Shown: one piece after another, positions 1 to 8,634 of the stretch | Layout of the letters: every line of letters starts with the position of its first letter | Numbering within the stretch: position 1 is the stretch's first letter | IMG/VR virus record: IMGVR_UViG_3300028603_000038 | Location: 6,096 to 70,095 of that record | Source: a virus | Taxonomy: Duplodnaviria > Caudoviricetes | DNA: 64,000 bases | Reading direction: 5' to 3' (one strand) | Translations under genes and position numbers: made by a program | Notes under the pieces: model-generated | Database searches by the model: none | What the model saw: the letters and a program-made list of their open reading frames with translations, nothing else | What the model was told of the DNA's origin: nothing

Positions 1-2
1 GA

Positions 3-174
3 AATACCCCCAGCCTTAATAGTACAGGGCATTTCCAGTAAATACAATACCCCTTATTTACGGGGAATTAATGGGTATTTTTATCCTTTTTTAAATATGC
101 CCGGAAATACCCCGGAAATTGACTGGTCAAAAAATGACCAATTTCCGGGGTCTGGGCCGGGTGCCAAATACCCC
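3..174. repeat. Non-coding repeat cluster: four AATACCCC copies, one inverted GGGTATT, and a hairpin at 110-150
   Basis: AATACCCC at 3, 46, 106 and 167; GGGTATT at 73; stem CCCCGGAAATT (110-120)/AATTTCCGGGG (140-150) with inner GGTCA/TGACC. Confidence 0.75.
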
Positions 175-202
175 TTAATTCAGGCAATAAAAGGATAGTC
201 AA

Positions 203-766
203 TTATTCCTGTTCCCAGCCAAATAAATCTTTTGGTTTATCCGTAGAATTTTCTGGCTTTGAATTTTCTTTTTCATTTACCTGTGATTCAGAAAATTCTT
301 TATCTGAAATAACACAATTAAGCCGTATGTGTCGTACAGGAATTTCTGGGGTAAAAAACAAGTGCACAGTTCTGACACAATCCTGCAAGAAGTCGTGCAG
401 TATACTTAGCTTTTTATTTGGTGTTTCATTCTCACGTTGGCTTGTGTGAAGAAGATGGTTAAAAAGAGCAGCTTCAAATACTTCCCTGTCTATATAGACA
501 CGACTTGTTTTAGGGTCATATTTAAATTGAAAGGTAGTAGCGTCTTCACCTTCGGAAGGTTCTGGAAACCGAAATACAACGAAGTGCTGTAAGTTACGTG
601 TATCTTCCCGGCGCTCAAGTTTAGCACTTAATTCAGCTTCCGTTGGAACAAAGGTATGAGAAGGCGTTTTGAAATTAGGGTAGTTCGCAGGAAACATTAC
701 ATCGTACAAATAAAAGAATACTTCTTTATGTAAATTTTTGGGGCCAAGATCAAGCACTTCTGACAT
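203..766 (-). CDS. Hypothetical protein (187 aa)
   Basis: ORF with strong AGGAGG Shine-Dalgarno; CTGTAAAGTG motif about 26 nt upstream. Confidence 0.8.
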   Translation of the reverse strand: MSEVLDLGPKNLHKEVFFYLYDVMFPANYPNFKTPSHTFVPTEAELSAKLERREDTRNLQHFVVFRFPEPSEGEDATTFQFKYDPKTSRVYIDREVFEAALFNHLLHTSQRENETPNKKLSILHDFLQDCVRTVHLFFTPEIPVRHIRLNCVISDKEFSESQVNEKENSKPENSTDKPKDLFGWEQE

Positions 767-792
767 TTTATTTACCTCCTTTGGATTAAGTA

Positions 793-802
793 CACTTTAC
801 AG
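793..802 (-). promoter_or_regulatory. Promoter-like motif A (CTGTAAAGTG)
   Basis: The same motif recurs in intergenic DNA shortly upstream of six genes, in their sense orientation. Confidence 0.65.
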
Positions 803-803
803 G

Positions 804-3032
804 TTATTTAGTACCAATATATTTTTTGGCGAATTTAGGGTCGCTTTCTTTAATAGATTTAATGAAGCGTAACTGTGGTTGATAATCGTAGCCCTCTTCG
901 TAGGCAATTTTTATCTTGCACTTTATTTTCTCTAGGGCTAACTCGGCATTTAACTGAGTTAATACGTCTAGGTCTTTTTGCAATTTAACATTAGTCTGTT
1001 CTTTGGTAATTAATTTTTTCAAACGTCGTATTTTATTCGCATTAGAATTAAGATTACTGACTACTTTAGTATATTCATCATGAGTTCTGAATACCTCGTC
1101 CGTAGTTTGCTTTTTATCTTTGTAGTCTCTTTTCTTTTTGCTCTTCTCATAGTAAATCTCTTTTAATTCATCATCACTATATTCAGTTATACAGTTTAAG
1201 GACGAATTAAAAGTAGTATACTTATAGTTATGATTGCATTTTTTTAACTTTATTTCATAACCAATATAAGGGAGCAGTAATTCAATAAGTACGTCAGCCA
1301 CTTTCGAGGAATACACTATTAAGTGGCAAGGTTCCTTGGAATTAATGTCTCGAATAGAAAGACGAGCAACACTCTGCGCGATGTTCGCAGCAATCCACTG
1401 TTTACGATAATCGAATTCAGGAATGAAAGCAGTCAAAAAAGAAGCTAGCCTTGGTTGTGGATTAAGGGAAGCCAAGAAGATCATAATATGAATGTGTGAA
1501 TAATTATTCATACCATGACTTTTAACGCTCATAAAGTCCATACCCGAGTTTACATCTGGGTAATTATACTCGATATAACTAGCAACTGTACTTTTAGTAA
1601 CGTTGTTAGTGACTATTAAAGTATCAGTTGTATTTGAAGAAGTTAAATTAGTTTTTCTAAACTTATTTACTAATTCTTCTGCGTGTTTGAAATAAGGAAT
1701 AATTGGTGGAGAAAAAAGTTCATCGAAACGCATACCTGTTACGGCAGTAATTTTTGCTTGAACTTTTTTAGTTACTTTTTTACCTGAACCCGGAGTGCGA
1801 CCACGGTTGTGTAATTCTTTTATATAATATCTGTACAACGTATTAACAGAATACGTTTTAGTAGAATTACTTTCTACTGCTTTCCTGTATTTATCAAAAC
1901 CCCGTGCCAAAATTTTAATAATTTTTGCGCGGCAGCTTTCAGGTAGTTCCGGATCAAGAATTTGAGAACCTAGTAAACGTAGCTTAGACAAATAACTATT
2001 GTCTTCACACAGACTGTGAATTTGAAGACGTTTATACTGCTTGATTACTTTACTTTTTCTTTTCGGGTTGAACAAATGAGATTGGTTTATTAACTCATAG
2101 TTCTTTTGCAGAATATGGAATAACTCACTGTGTTCAAAAAAAGCAGACATCAAATATACTTCGTGGAAACCATCAAACGCGTATTCAGGGCTAACGAAGT
2201 TAAAGAAATTAAACTGGGAACCATTCTCCATCATGTACACAGAGTAACGAGAGTCACACATCCTTTTCAACAACTCATAAAAATTAGAGTTGAAAAGAGT
2301 ATCACCCATTGCTCTGTATTCAGTTAGAATTTTTTTGTTAGCAGTAAGTCGCATATAAGGAAGAATGTCTTTAGGCTTTAGAACGGGATGCTTGAAGCCT
2401 ATTTCTTTTTGCTTTCTCAAAAATAGTTCACCGGACACGTAGTCCTTCATGAAGGCTTCATTATTTTTATCTACTTTCAAATTGTACTGAGAAATATTAA
2501 GTTCGCTAGCTTCATCAAAAATAAGCATACAGCGAGATTTAGTTTCTTCAAAAATGTCAGATGACTCTATATAAAGTTTATGTGTAATAAGGTAGACAGA
2601 ACCCAAGTCTTTAGATTCATTAATCTCTTGAGTAAATTGTTCGCTTAGGCTGAAAGATAAAATAGAAGACTCTTCCGTAGAATGAGTATCCGCAGACATT
2701 ATTAGATGTACCTTTGAACGAGGCATACCTTTTTTTATCAGGTCTTTATATACTTGCTGCAAAAGTTTTTTGGTGGGTGCACAGAAAATAGTAATTAACT
2801 TCTTCTCAGAATAGTTATTCAAAATAGTTTCAATTGCCCACTTTGTTTTACCAACAGAAGGTAGCGTAGAAATATAATTCAAGGCGGGTTTAAAAATTAA
2901 CTCTGGGTCAGTATAAGGAGCACAAATATATCTGGACAATGGAGACTCAGTTTCTCTATGAAAAAAGAAAACAGAATCTCTTGCGTAGTAACGAGAACTC
3001 GACGGCTGTTTAATGTCATAAAGACGATACAT
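804..3032 (-). CDS. SF2 helicase-like protein, putative origin-binding/replication initiator (742 aa)
   Basis: Walker A-like LPSVGKT, FCAPTKKL motif Ia, Walker B LIFDEA, LMSA motif III-like and QSVARLSIRD motif VI-like; lies next to the largest non-coding region. The origin-binding role is inference. Confidence 0.6.
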   Translation of the reverse strand: MYRLYDIKQPSSSRYYARDSVFFFHRETESPLSRYICAPYTDPELIFKPALNYISTLPSVGKTKWAIETILNNYSEKKLITIFCAPTKKLLQQVYKDLIKKGMPRSKVHLIMSADTHSTEESSILSFSLSEQFTQEINESKDLGSVYLITHKLYIESSDIFEETKSRCMLIFDEASELNISQYNLKVDKNNEAFMKDYVSGELFLRKQKEIGFKHPVLKPKDILPYMRLTANKKILTEYRAMGDTLFNSNFYELLKRMCDSRYSVYMMENGSQFNFFNFVSPEYAFDGFHEVYLMSAFFEHSELFHILQKNYELINQSHLFNPKRKSKVIKQYKRLQIHSLCEDNSYLSKLRLLGSQILDPELPESCRAKIIKILARGFDKYRKAVESNSTKTYSVNTLYRYYIKELHNRGRTPGSGKKVTKKVQAKITAVTGMRFDELFSPPIIPYFKHAEELVNKFRKTNLTSSNTTDTLIVTNNVTKSTVASYIEYNYPDVNSGMDFMSVKSHGMNNYSHIHIMIFLASLNPQPRLASFLTAFIPEFDYRKQWIAANIAQSVARLSIRDINSKEPCHLIVYSSKVADVLIELLLPYIGYEIKLKKCNHNYKYTTFNSSLNCITEYSDDELKEIYYEKSKKKRDYKDKKQTTDEVFRTHDEYTKVVSNLNSNANKIRRLKKLITKEQTNVKLQKDLDVLTQLNAELALEKIKCKIKIAYEEGYDYQPQLRFIKSIKESDPKFAKKYIGTK

Positions 3033-3147
3033 TTTATTTCTCCGAAGTCGGATTTATTTTTGAATTAAATGCAATTTTGAATTAATTATTTACTGTACGT
3101 TTGGTCAGTGAAAACAAGCAAAATTACTGTACATGCGTACAGGAAAA

Positions 3148-3329
3148 GGTAGGCAAGTTGAAGGGTAGGCAAGTTGCGTTTGAAAACGAAAAAACCTTTC
3201 TAAAACACTATGACGTATGAAAATTTGAAAAACGACCTTCATATCAGACTATAACGGGTCGAATTTTGGACGAAAGCCGCGATATTGATCTAAAACGGGT
3301 GGTAGAACTGAAAAAAAGGTAGGCAAGTG
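3148..3329 (+). repeat. Iteron-like direct repeats GGTAGGCAAGT x3
   Basis: Copies at 3148, 3164 and 3318. Confidence 0.7.
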
Positions 3330-3702
3330 ACTTTTGACCTCTCTAGAATAAGGCTTTTTATAGAGCACTTTTGAAAAAACGCGATATTGCACTATGGCCC
3401 GTGTTCATGAAAGTGTACAAAGTTTTCGACCCTACATAGTATAAAAAAATCCACGCGTTACTTTACAGGAAACGCTATAACGTATGAAACTAGTGAAAAA
3501 ACAGGCGTGGATTTTAATGAATCAACGCCGCGTGTATTTTTTACGGGTTTTAATTAATATAACAGATAAAAAATACACTCTTACCCATACTTGTTAAAAT
3601 CTAACCCATTGGACAATAATCCATATACGAATTAAAACCCATTACTGGATAAATGTCCTAACTGGTTAAAACCCAAATAGTAAAACTTCAAATTTAAAAA
3701 AT

Positions 3703-3938
3703 CATAATCAGAAAAGAAATAAACACAAACTAAAACAATCACAACTACTCGAAGCGAAGCGAGAGTAGTTGTTGAGTTACAAGCGAACGAAGTGAGCGCA
3801 GTAACCACAAGTCCAATTACTTGACGTTGGAACAGTATGGGAGTTTCGCTTCGCTCACTCCCGAACTGAATTTATTCGCTTCGCTCATAAATATCAGTTC
3901 TTGTTTTAATCATGTATGTTTCTTTTTCTTTGATTATG
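3703..3938. repeat. Inverted-repeat-bounded cluster of four C-GAA-G hairpins
   Basis: Hairpins at 3741-3772 and 3776-3805 (top strand) and at 3839-3862 and 3863-3900 (bottom strand); imperfect flanking arms 3703-3738 and 3901-3938. Confidence 0.8.
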
Positions 3939-4354
3939 TTTTCGTTCCTGAATCTGTTTCCTGATACCCATGATAAATAATTACAGTCTGAATAATTACC
4001 CAGTGCGCAGAGCGCACTATTTAATTTCGTTGTGTACATGGATTTATTTATTCCCGAATTCTATTTATTTACTGTCTGTTAATTAACGTATTTATTCGTG
4101 CGCTGTGTGCACTATTTAATCCTCGAATTAAACCCTATTTAAATCCCTTCCCGGTTTCCTGCAATTCCCGCCGTTTTGCCCATATCTGTGTTATGCCTAA
4201 CAACCCTTCCTGAAACCACTTGTTTTATAGTATGTTATTTGGCGCTTTCGCGCCCGCAACCCCATTTATTTGTGCATCCTAATTTCAATCTCGACAGCAA
4301 TTAAAATGTTGTTGTTAAGCATTGCTTAAAAGTCCTAATTAGGAGTAACACAAT

Positions 4355-6049
4355 ATGAAAAAAGGTCACTTGGTTAAGGCCAGCCTTATTAACGGGCAGT
4401 CCAAAAACCAAGGGTCGCTTTTTTACGTTGTAGCTTCCGCAATTAAAGAAAGCCCGTCACAAGAAATTCTGGCAGGTTTTAAATGCAATAGCTGTAAGGC
4501 TACTTTTGCTTCTGCAAAAGATTTTGAGCCGCACTGTGTTGTATGCGCAAGTGAAGACGTTGAATTAGATGACACCTTGGATACTCCCGTTGAAAATGTG
4601 GAAGATACAGAAACTGCATCTATCCAATGTACTAAATGTAACTCTTTTAATATGGTAAGCCTTGCAGGTGCAGTAGCATTTGACAACCATATTAATTGTG
4701 CTGCATGTGCTAATGCACTTTCTTATGAATTACCGGAAAGTGTTATTGCAGAAATTAAAGAAGATTCAGAAGCATTTCCGGAAGCGGAAGAATCTGAATC
4801 TGATATGGAAGCAGAAGAAGCTGCCACCGAAGATACCGAATCCGAAATGGAAGAGGAAAATGAAGGTGACGAAGAAACTGCTGCTACCGAAGACGACGAG
4901 GATTTTGATTTAGACGAAATTCTTGACGACACTGACGACGACGAAATTGACGACTCGATGGAAGAAGAGTCGGAAGAAGTCGAAGACATTGACGAAGAAA
5001 CTGCTGCTACCGAAGAATCTGAAACCGAATCTGAAATGGAAGAGGAAGAAGAAACTGCTGGTGCAGATGAAGAAGAAGTTACCGTTGACGACACTACAGA
5101 AGATGAAGTTGAGGACGAAGAAACTGCGGACACAATTAATTCGCAAGGTTCTCAATTTAATTCTGCTGTTCCGGAAGGTGAAACTTCTGAATGTGAAACT
5201 AAAGAAGTTGTTACGACTACCGAAGGTGGTGGTAACGGTTCTGTAGATAATGCTACGGAATTTAATTATGACGACGTTCCTGTAATGGACGTTGCACCGG
5301 CTGACGAAAATCTGGAATTCCAGTATTCAGATGACGGTGACACTATTACCGCATACAAAGGCGACTTCCCGGTTGCTGATCTGAAACGTGAACATGCTGG
5401 TGAAAATCAAAAGGTTTTTGCTAACGCTGCTTTCGTTCCTAGTGTTATTAAGTATGCAAAACAAAATTCGGAAACTGCTGCACTTAATGCTTTCGGATTT
5501 AAAATGCGTACAATTAAAGTACCTGTTGACAATCTTGTGCAGGCGCGTGTCGAAAAAGAATTGGCTAAACAAACTGCTGAACTCGCGTCCAGCAAAGAAT
5601 CTTACAATGACCGTTTAACTCAGTCTCTGCAAATTGCTTTGGCTGGTGTAAACAAAAACTTTTTCCGTGGTACGTCTAATCCTTTAGTGGATGAACTGGT
5701 AGCAGAATTAGCCGCTTCTAGTTCGCTGCAATCTCCACGTGCTTTTGTTAACCGCGTATTCGCATCCTGTGGTGAAGACTTCGCAAAAGTAATTATGACA
5801 AAAGCTATGGAACTTTGCGGTAAATCAGACGAAGTGCGCAACGAACTTGCTGCTGCACTTGGTGACGTTAATATGGTTGATGACGACGAAGAACAAGATG
5901 ATGACAGTGTAACTGCTCGTCTTGCTAGCGGCGGCAAAACCGTAAAAGCGAAATCTACTACTACCGTAGCTTCTAGCCATAAAGTTACTCAAATCTCGCA
6001 AATTAATGAGCGCGCTAAAGAACTTGGCGGCTTGTTTAACAAAATTTAA
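4355..6049 (+). CDS. Putative prohead scaffolding/core protein with N-terminal zinc-finger pairs and long acidic tract (564 aa)
   Basis: First gene of the head cluster; four CxxC pairs, D/E-rich low-complexity middle and predicted helical C-terminus; AGGAG SD. The scaffold role is inferred from synteny and composition. Confidence 0.6.
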   Translation: MKKGHLVKASLINGQSKNQGSLFYVVASAIKESPSQEILAGFKCNSCKATFASAKDFEPHCVVCASEDVELDDTLDTPVENVEDTETASIQCTKCNSFNMVSLAGAVAFDNHINCAACANALSYELPESVIAEIKEDSEAFPEAEESESDMEAEEAATEDTESEMEEENEGDEETAATEDDEDFDLDEILDDTDDDEIDDSMEEESEEVEDIDEETAATEESETESEMEEEEETAGADEEEVTVDDTTEDEVEDEETADTINSQGSQFNSAVPEGETSECETKEVVTTTEGGGNGSVDNATEFNYDDVPVMDVAPADENLEFQYSDDGDTITAYKGDFPVADLKREHAGENQKVFANAAFVPSVIKYAKQNSETAALNAFGFKMRTIKVPVDNLVQARVEKELAKQTAELASSKESYNDRLTQSLQIALAGVNKNFFRGTSNPLVDELVAELAASSSLQSPRAFVNRVFASCGEDFAKVIMTKAMELCGKSDEVRNELAAALGDVNMVDDDEEQDDDSVTARLASGGKTVKAKSTTTVASSHKVTQISQINERAKELGGLFNKI

Positions 6050-6062
6050 GTGGAGAAAAATC

Positions 6063-6743
6063 ATGCTTGATTTCACCTTAACCAGATATTCCGATTCTCG
6101 CCAATTTCCTGTTGCAACGGGTTCTTTGATTACTGCCGAAGGTCAATGTCTTGTTAATGACCTGACTGATGGTGTACGCAAAGTTAAACCTTCTACTGGT
6201 ACTGCTGCTGATGTATTTGCTGGCGTTTCTGTTGGCCAACAAATTACCATCACTGCTTTTCCGGGTTTTGAAAGTGCAGTAATTGGTGCAACCTATACTC
6301 TGAAACGCACTCCTATCAGCGGCCAAATTTTGGTAACTGCTAACGGTGTTGCTCTTACTGCTACTGCTGGTGCTCCGGCTAGCGGCGAGTATTCTATTAC
6401 TGATGCAACAATTACTTTTAACGTTGCGCAAGCTGGTGAAGCACTGCAAGTTGTTTATCGTTATGTTCCTACCACTGTAGAAGCAAAACAAATTCAGGGT
6501 GACGAACCTGCTGGTGGTGCTGCTTGTTTGGCTATTGACCAAATCGGCGTTATTACTCGCGGCGTAGTTGCTACTACTGAATTTAATGCTGCTGACGCGT
6601 GGACCGCATCGTCTGCTGTTAAGACTGGTGCAAATGGTTTGTTCTCTGTTTCTGGTAACGGTACTGCTGTTCCGGGCACTATTGAACAACTGCCGGACGG
6701 TGATTCTCCGTTCTTGGTAATTTCCATTAACGCTAATCCGTAA
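6063..6743 (+). CDS. Putative head decoration/cement protein (start refined to ATG 6063)
   Basis: Lies between scaffold and capsid genes; G/A/T/V-rich beta-type sequence; GGAG SD before ATG 6063, in frame with the track ORF 6006. Confidence 0.55.
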   Translation: MLDFTLTRYSDSRQFPVATGSLITAEGQCLVNDLTDGVRKVKPSTGTAADVFAGVSVGQQITITAFPGFESAVIGATYTLKRTPISGQILVTANGVALTATAGAPASGEYSITDATITFNVAQAGEALQVVYRYVPTTVEAKQIQGDEPAGGAACLAIDQIGVITRGVVATTEFNAADAWTASSAVKTGANGLFSVSGNGTAVPGTIEQLPDGDSPFLVISINANP

Positions 6744-6785
6744 TTTAATTACGATTAACTTTCCTAAAATTCTGGAGAAGTCACC

Positions 6786-7859
6786 ATGAAAAGAAAGCAA
6801 CCTATTTTAGCTTCCGAGTTTCGTTTGGGTAAAGGCCGTAGTCTGGCCATTGCTTCTAACGGCGAATATAACGCTAACGACAAGAAAGACCTGTGGAATG
6901 TAGTTAACCAAGTTCTTTCGCACCTGCAACAAGGTGGTGCTGAAATTGTTAACGAAGAAACCGCTGCAAAACGCGAACAAGCTACTAAGCTTCGTCGTGA
7001 AGCAGTTATCGCTTCTTTCGATAACCGTGAAGCCCACGTTGAACTTGGCGCAACTATTACCAACGAACTTTATCAAGCTGCAAACCGCGAAGGTATTTGC
7101 CGTCGTTTCCTTGGTTATCAGGAACTGGCACAAGGCAATATTCCGCGTGTTAAACTGCGTAGCAAAAACGTAACGGCAGTAACCGCTGGTTCGCCGACGA
7201 AAGTTGAAACGCAAATTGTACGTGATAAAGTTTTCTTCCCGTCTGAAATGGATATTATCGCTCGTCCGTTTATCGAAGAGCGTGAAATTCAACAGTCTAT
7301 TGATGACGTACTGGAAGAGAAATTTATTGAAGCACAAGAAGCAATGATGGTTGCCGAAGACCGCCTGTGGCGTCTGATGGCAGAAGCCACTATTGGTTCT
7401 TTCAACGGCAACGATCTTACTTTGGTAACTGGTGCATTTACTCTTGCATCTATTACTTCTGTAGCTTCACAAGTTTCGCGCTGGAACCTGAACACTCAAA
7501 ACCTGTTCATGTCTTCTGACCTGCGTGAAGAATTTGCAAGCAGCCAGCAAGTTGCTAACGTAATTGACCCGGTATCTCAGCACGAATTGCTGATGACTGG
7601 TAAACTCGGTGTAATTTACGGCATGTCCGTAATGTCCGATGCTTATCGTCACCCGCAACATAAAGTTCTGAGCCGTGGTGAATTCTACGTAATTTCCGAT
7701 CCGGTTACTCACGGTGTTTATACTGACCGTGGTGGTATTACTTCTGCTCCGATTGATATTTCTATCGAACAGAAAAATGGCCGTGGTTGGGTACTGTCTG
7801 AACTCTTCTCTGCTGTTATCGGTAACAGCCGCTCTGTTGCAAAAGGTCGCCGCGTTTAA
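6786..7859 (+). CDS. Major capsid protein (357 aa)
   Basis: Size and position after scaffold and decoration genes; strongly biased codons (CTG, CGT, GCT); GGAG SD; followed by a terminator. Confidence 0.8.
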   Translation: MKRKQPILASEFRLGKGRSLAIASNGEYNANDKKDLWNVVNQVLSHLQQGGAEIVNEETAAKREQATKLRREAVIASFDNREAHVELGATITNELYQAANREGICRRFLGYQELAQGNIPRVKLRSKNVTAVTAGSPTKVETQIVRDKVFFPSEMDIIARPFIEEREIQQSIDDVLEEKFIEAQEAMMVAEDRLWRLMAEATIGSFNGNDLTLVTGAFTLASITSVASQVSRWNLNTQNLFMSSDLREEFASSQQVANVIDPVSQHELLMTGKLGVIYGMSVMSDAYRHPQHKVLSRGEFYVISDPVTHGVYTDRGGITSAPIDISIEQKNGRGWVLSELFSAVIGNSRSVAKGRRV

Positions 7860-7870
7860 TTACACGGTTA

Positions 7871-7880
7871 CTGTAAAGTG
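7871..7880 (+). promoter_or_regulatory. Promoter-like motif A (CTGTAAAGTG)
   Basis: Recurrent intergenic motif, directly abutting the capsid-gene terminator. Confidence 0.6.
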
Positions 7881-7881
7881 G

Positions 7882-7912
7882 GGAGACAACTTTTAGTTGT
7901 CTCCTTATTTTT
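7882..7912 (+). terminator. Rho-independent terminator after the capsid gene
   Basis: GGAGACAAC-TTTTA-GTTGTCTCC followed by TTATTTTT. Confidence 0.75.
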
Positions 7913-7932
7913 CAACAGAGAGGAGAAACAGA

Positions 7933-8520
7933 ATGTCTAAAAGAAAATCGCGGCTTTCATCCCTCGATTTTATCATTATGGCATCCTGTTATTCCGCTAA
8001 GGGTGATAAGAAAAAAGCCCTTACCGCTTTAACGGCTGCTAGTGAATGTGAAGATTTCGATACTGCAATTGCTACTTTAGCAATGGCTAACGATGCGTCA
8101 ATGGACGTTGAATTTGAAGACTTCGACGAAGAAACCGCTGACGATAATGTTGGTTTATCTCAAACTGCTATCGACGAAATTGAAGAATTGGATTTTGAAT
8201 CTGATGGTGAAGAAACTGCCGCAGAAGAAGAATCCGAGGAATTTGAGTCGGAAAGTGACCAGCAATTTGAGATTAGTAAAAAAACCCGCGATAAAATTAA
8301 AGCGGCTACTGATGAAGATTCCGAAGAATCTGAAATGGAAACTGAAAATTCAGATGATTTGGAAACGGCAGGTTTCGGAGATAAATACTCTGAAATTCTT
8401 GCTCAATTAGAAACTGAGTCAGAAAGCGAAGAGGAACAGGAAAGTGAGGAAGAGCAGGAAACTGCTGCCCCTAAACTTTCTCGTGCTGAACGTAATATGC
8501 TCAGGCTGAAAAAAGGCTGA
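7933..8520 (+). CDS. Acidic head-associated/scaffold-like protein (start refined to ATG 7933)
   Basis: GAGGAG SD before ATG 7933; D/E-rich; four ETA motifs shared with the scaffold. Confidence 0.6.
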   Translation: MSKRKSRLSSLDFIIMASCYSAKGDKKKALTALTAASECEDFDTAIATLAMANDASMDVEFEDFDEETADDNVGLSQTAIDEIEELDFESDGEETAAEEESEEFESESDQQFEISKKTRDKIKAATDEDSEESEMETENSDDLETAGFGDKYSEILAQLETESESEEEQESEEEQETAAPKLSRAERNMLRLKKG

Positions 8521-8534
8521 TTTAATCAGTATAT

Positions 8535-8571
8535 AAAAAAGCCCAGTTGGAGAAATCCGCTGGGCTTTTTT
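8535..8571 (+). terminator. Rho-independent terminator (bidirectional-type)
   Basis: AAAAAAGCCCAG...CTGGGCTTTTTT. Confidence 0.85.
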
Positions 8572-8584
8572 GTTTTTCCAGCTT

Positions 8585-8604
8585 CACTAATTTTGACTAA
8601 TTTT
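8585..8604 (+). promoter_or_regulatory. Candidate promoter motif B (CTAATTTT x2)
   Basis: CACTAATTT also occurs at 17935 and 40166 upstream of structural blocks; the motif is short and AT-rich, so support is weak. Confidence 0.3.
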
Positions 8605-8634
8605 AAGTAGAATTATCCAACAGCGAGTGTATTT

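Larger units (their letters stand above)
3033..4354. other. 1.3-kb structured non-coding region, candidate replication origin
   Basis: No ORF of 60 aa or more; contains direct repeats, inverted repeats, a hairpin dyad and TATTTA-rich tracts; lies between divergent genes. Confidence 0.55.

Noticed and set aside
3460-3468. Seventh copy of promoter motif A (TGTAAAGTA on the minus strand)
   Set aside because: Mismatch at the last position and about 430 nt from the nearest start codon, unlike the 25-52 nt spacing of the other six.
3703-3938. tRNA or other known ncRNA
   Set aside because: No cloverleaf, T-loop or anticodon arm. The hairpins alternate strands and use DNA-favoured GAA triloops; kept as a DNA-structure finding instead.
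4423-5937. Antisense and alternate-frame ORFs over the scaffold gene (e.g. Ser-rich 4723..5133)
   Set aside because: Shadows of the GAA/GAC-rich acidic tract; no SD and no independent features.
6078-7712. Long antisense ORFs 6078..6800 and 6807..7337 opposite the head genes
   Set aside because: Explained by strong codon bias on the sense strand, which suppresses antisense stops; the translations look non-protein-like.
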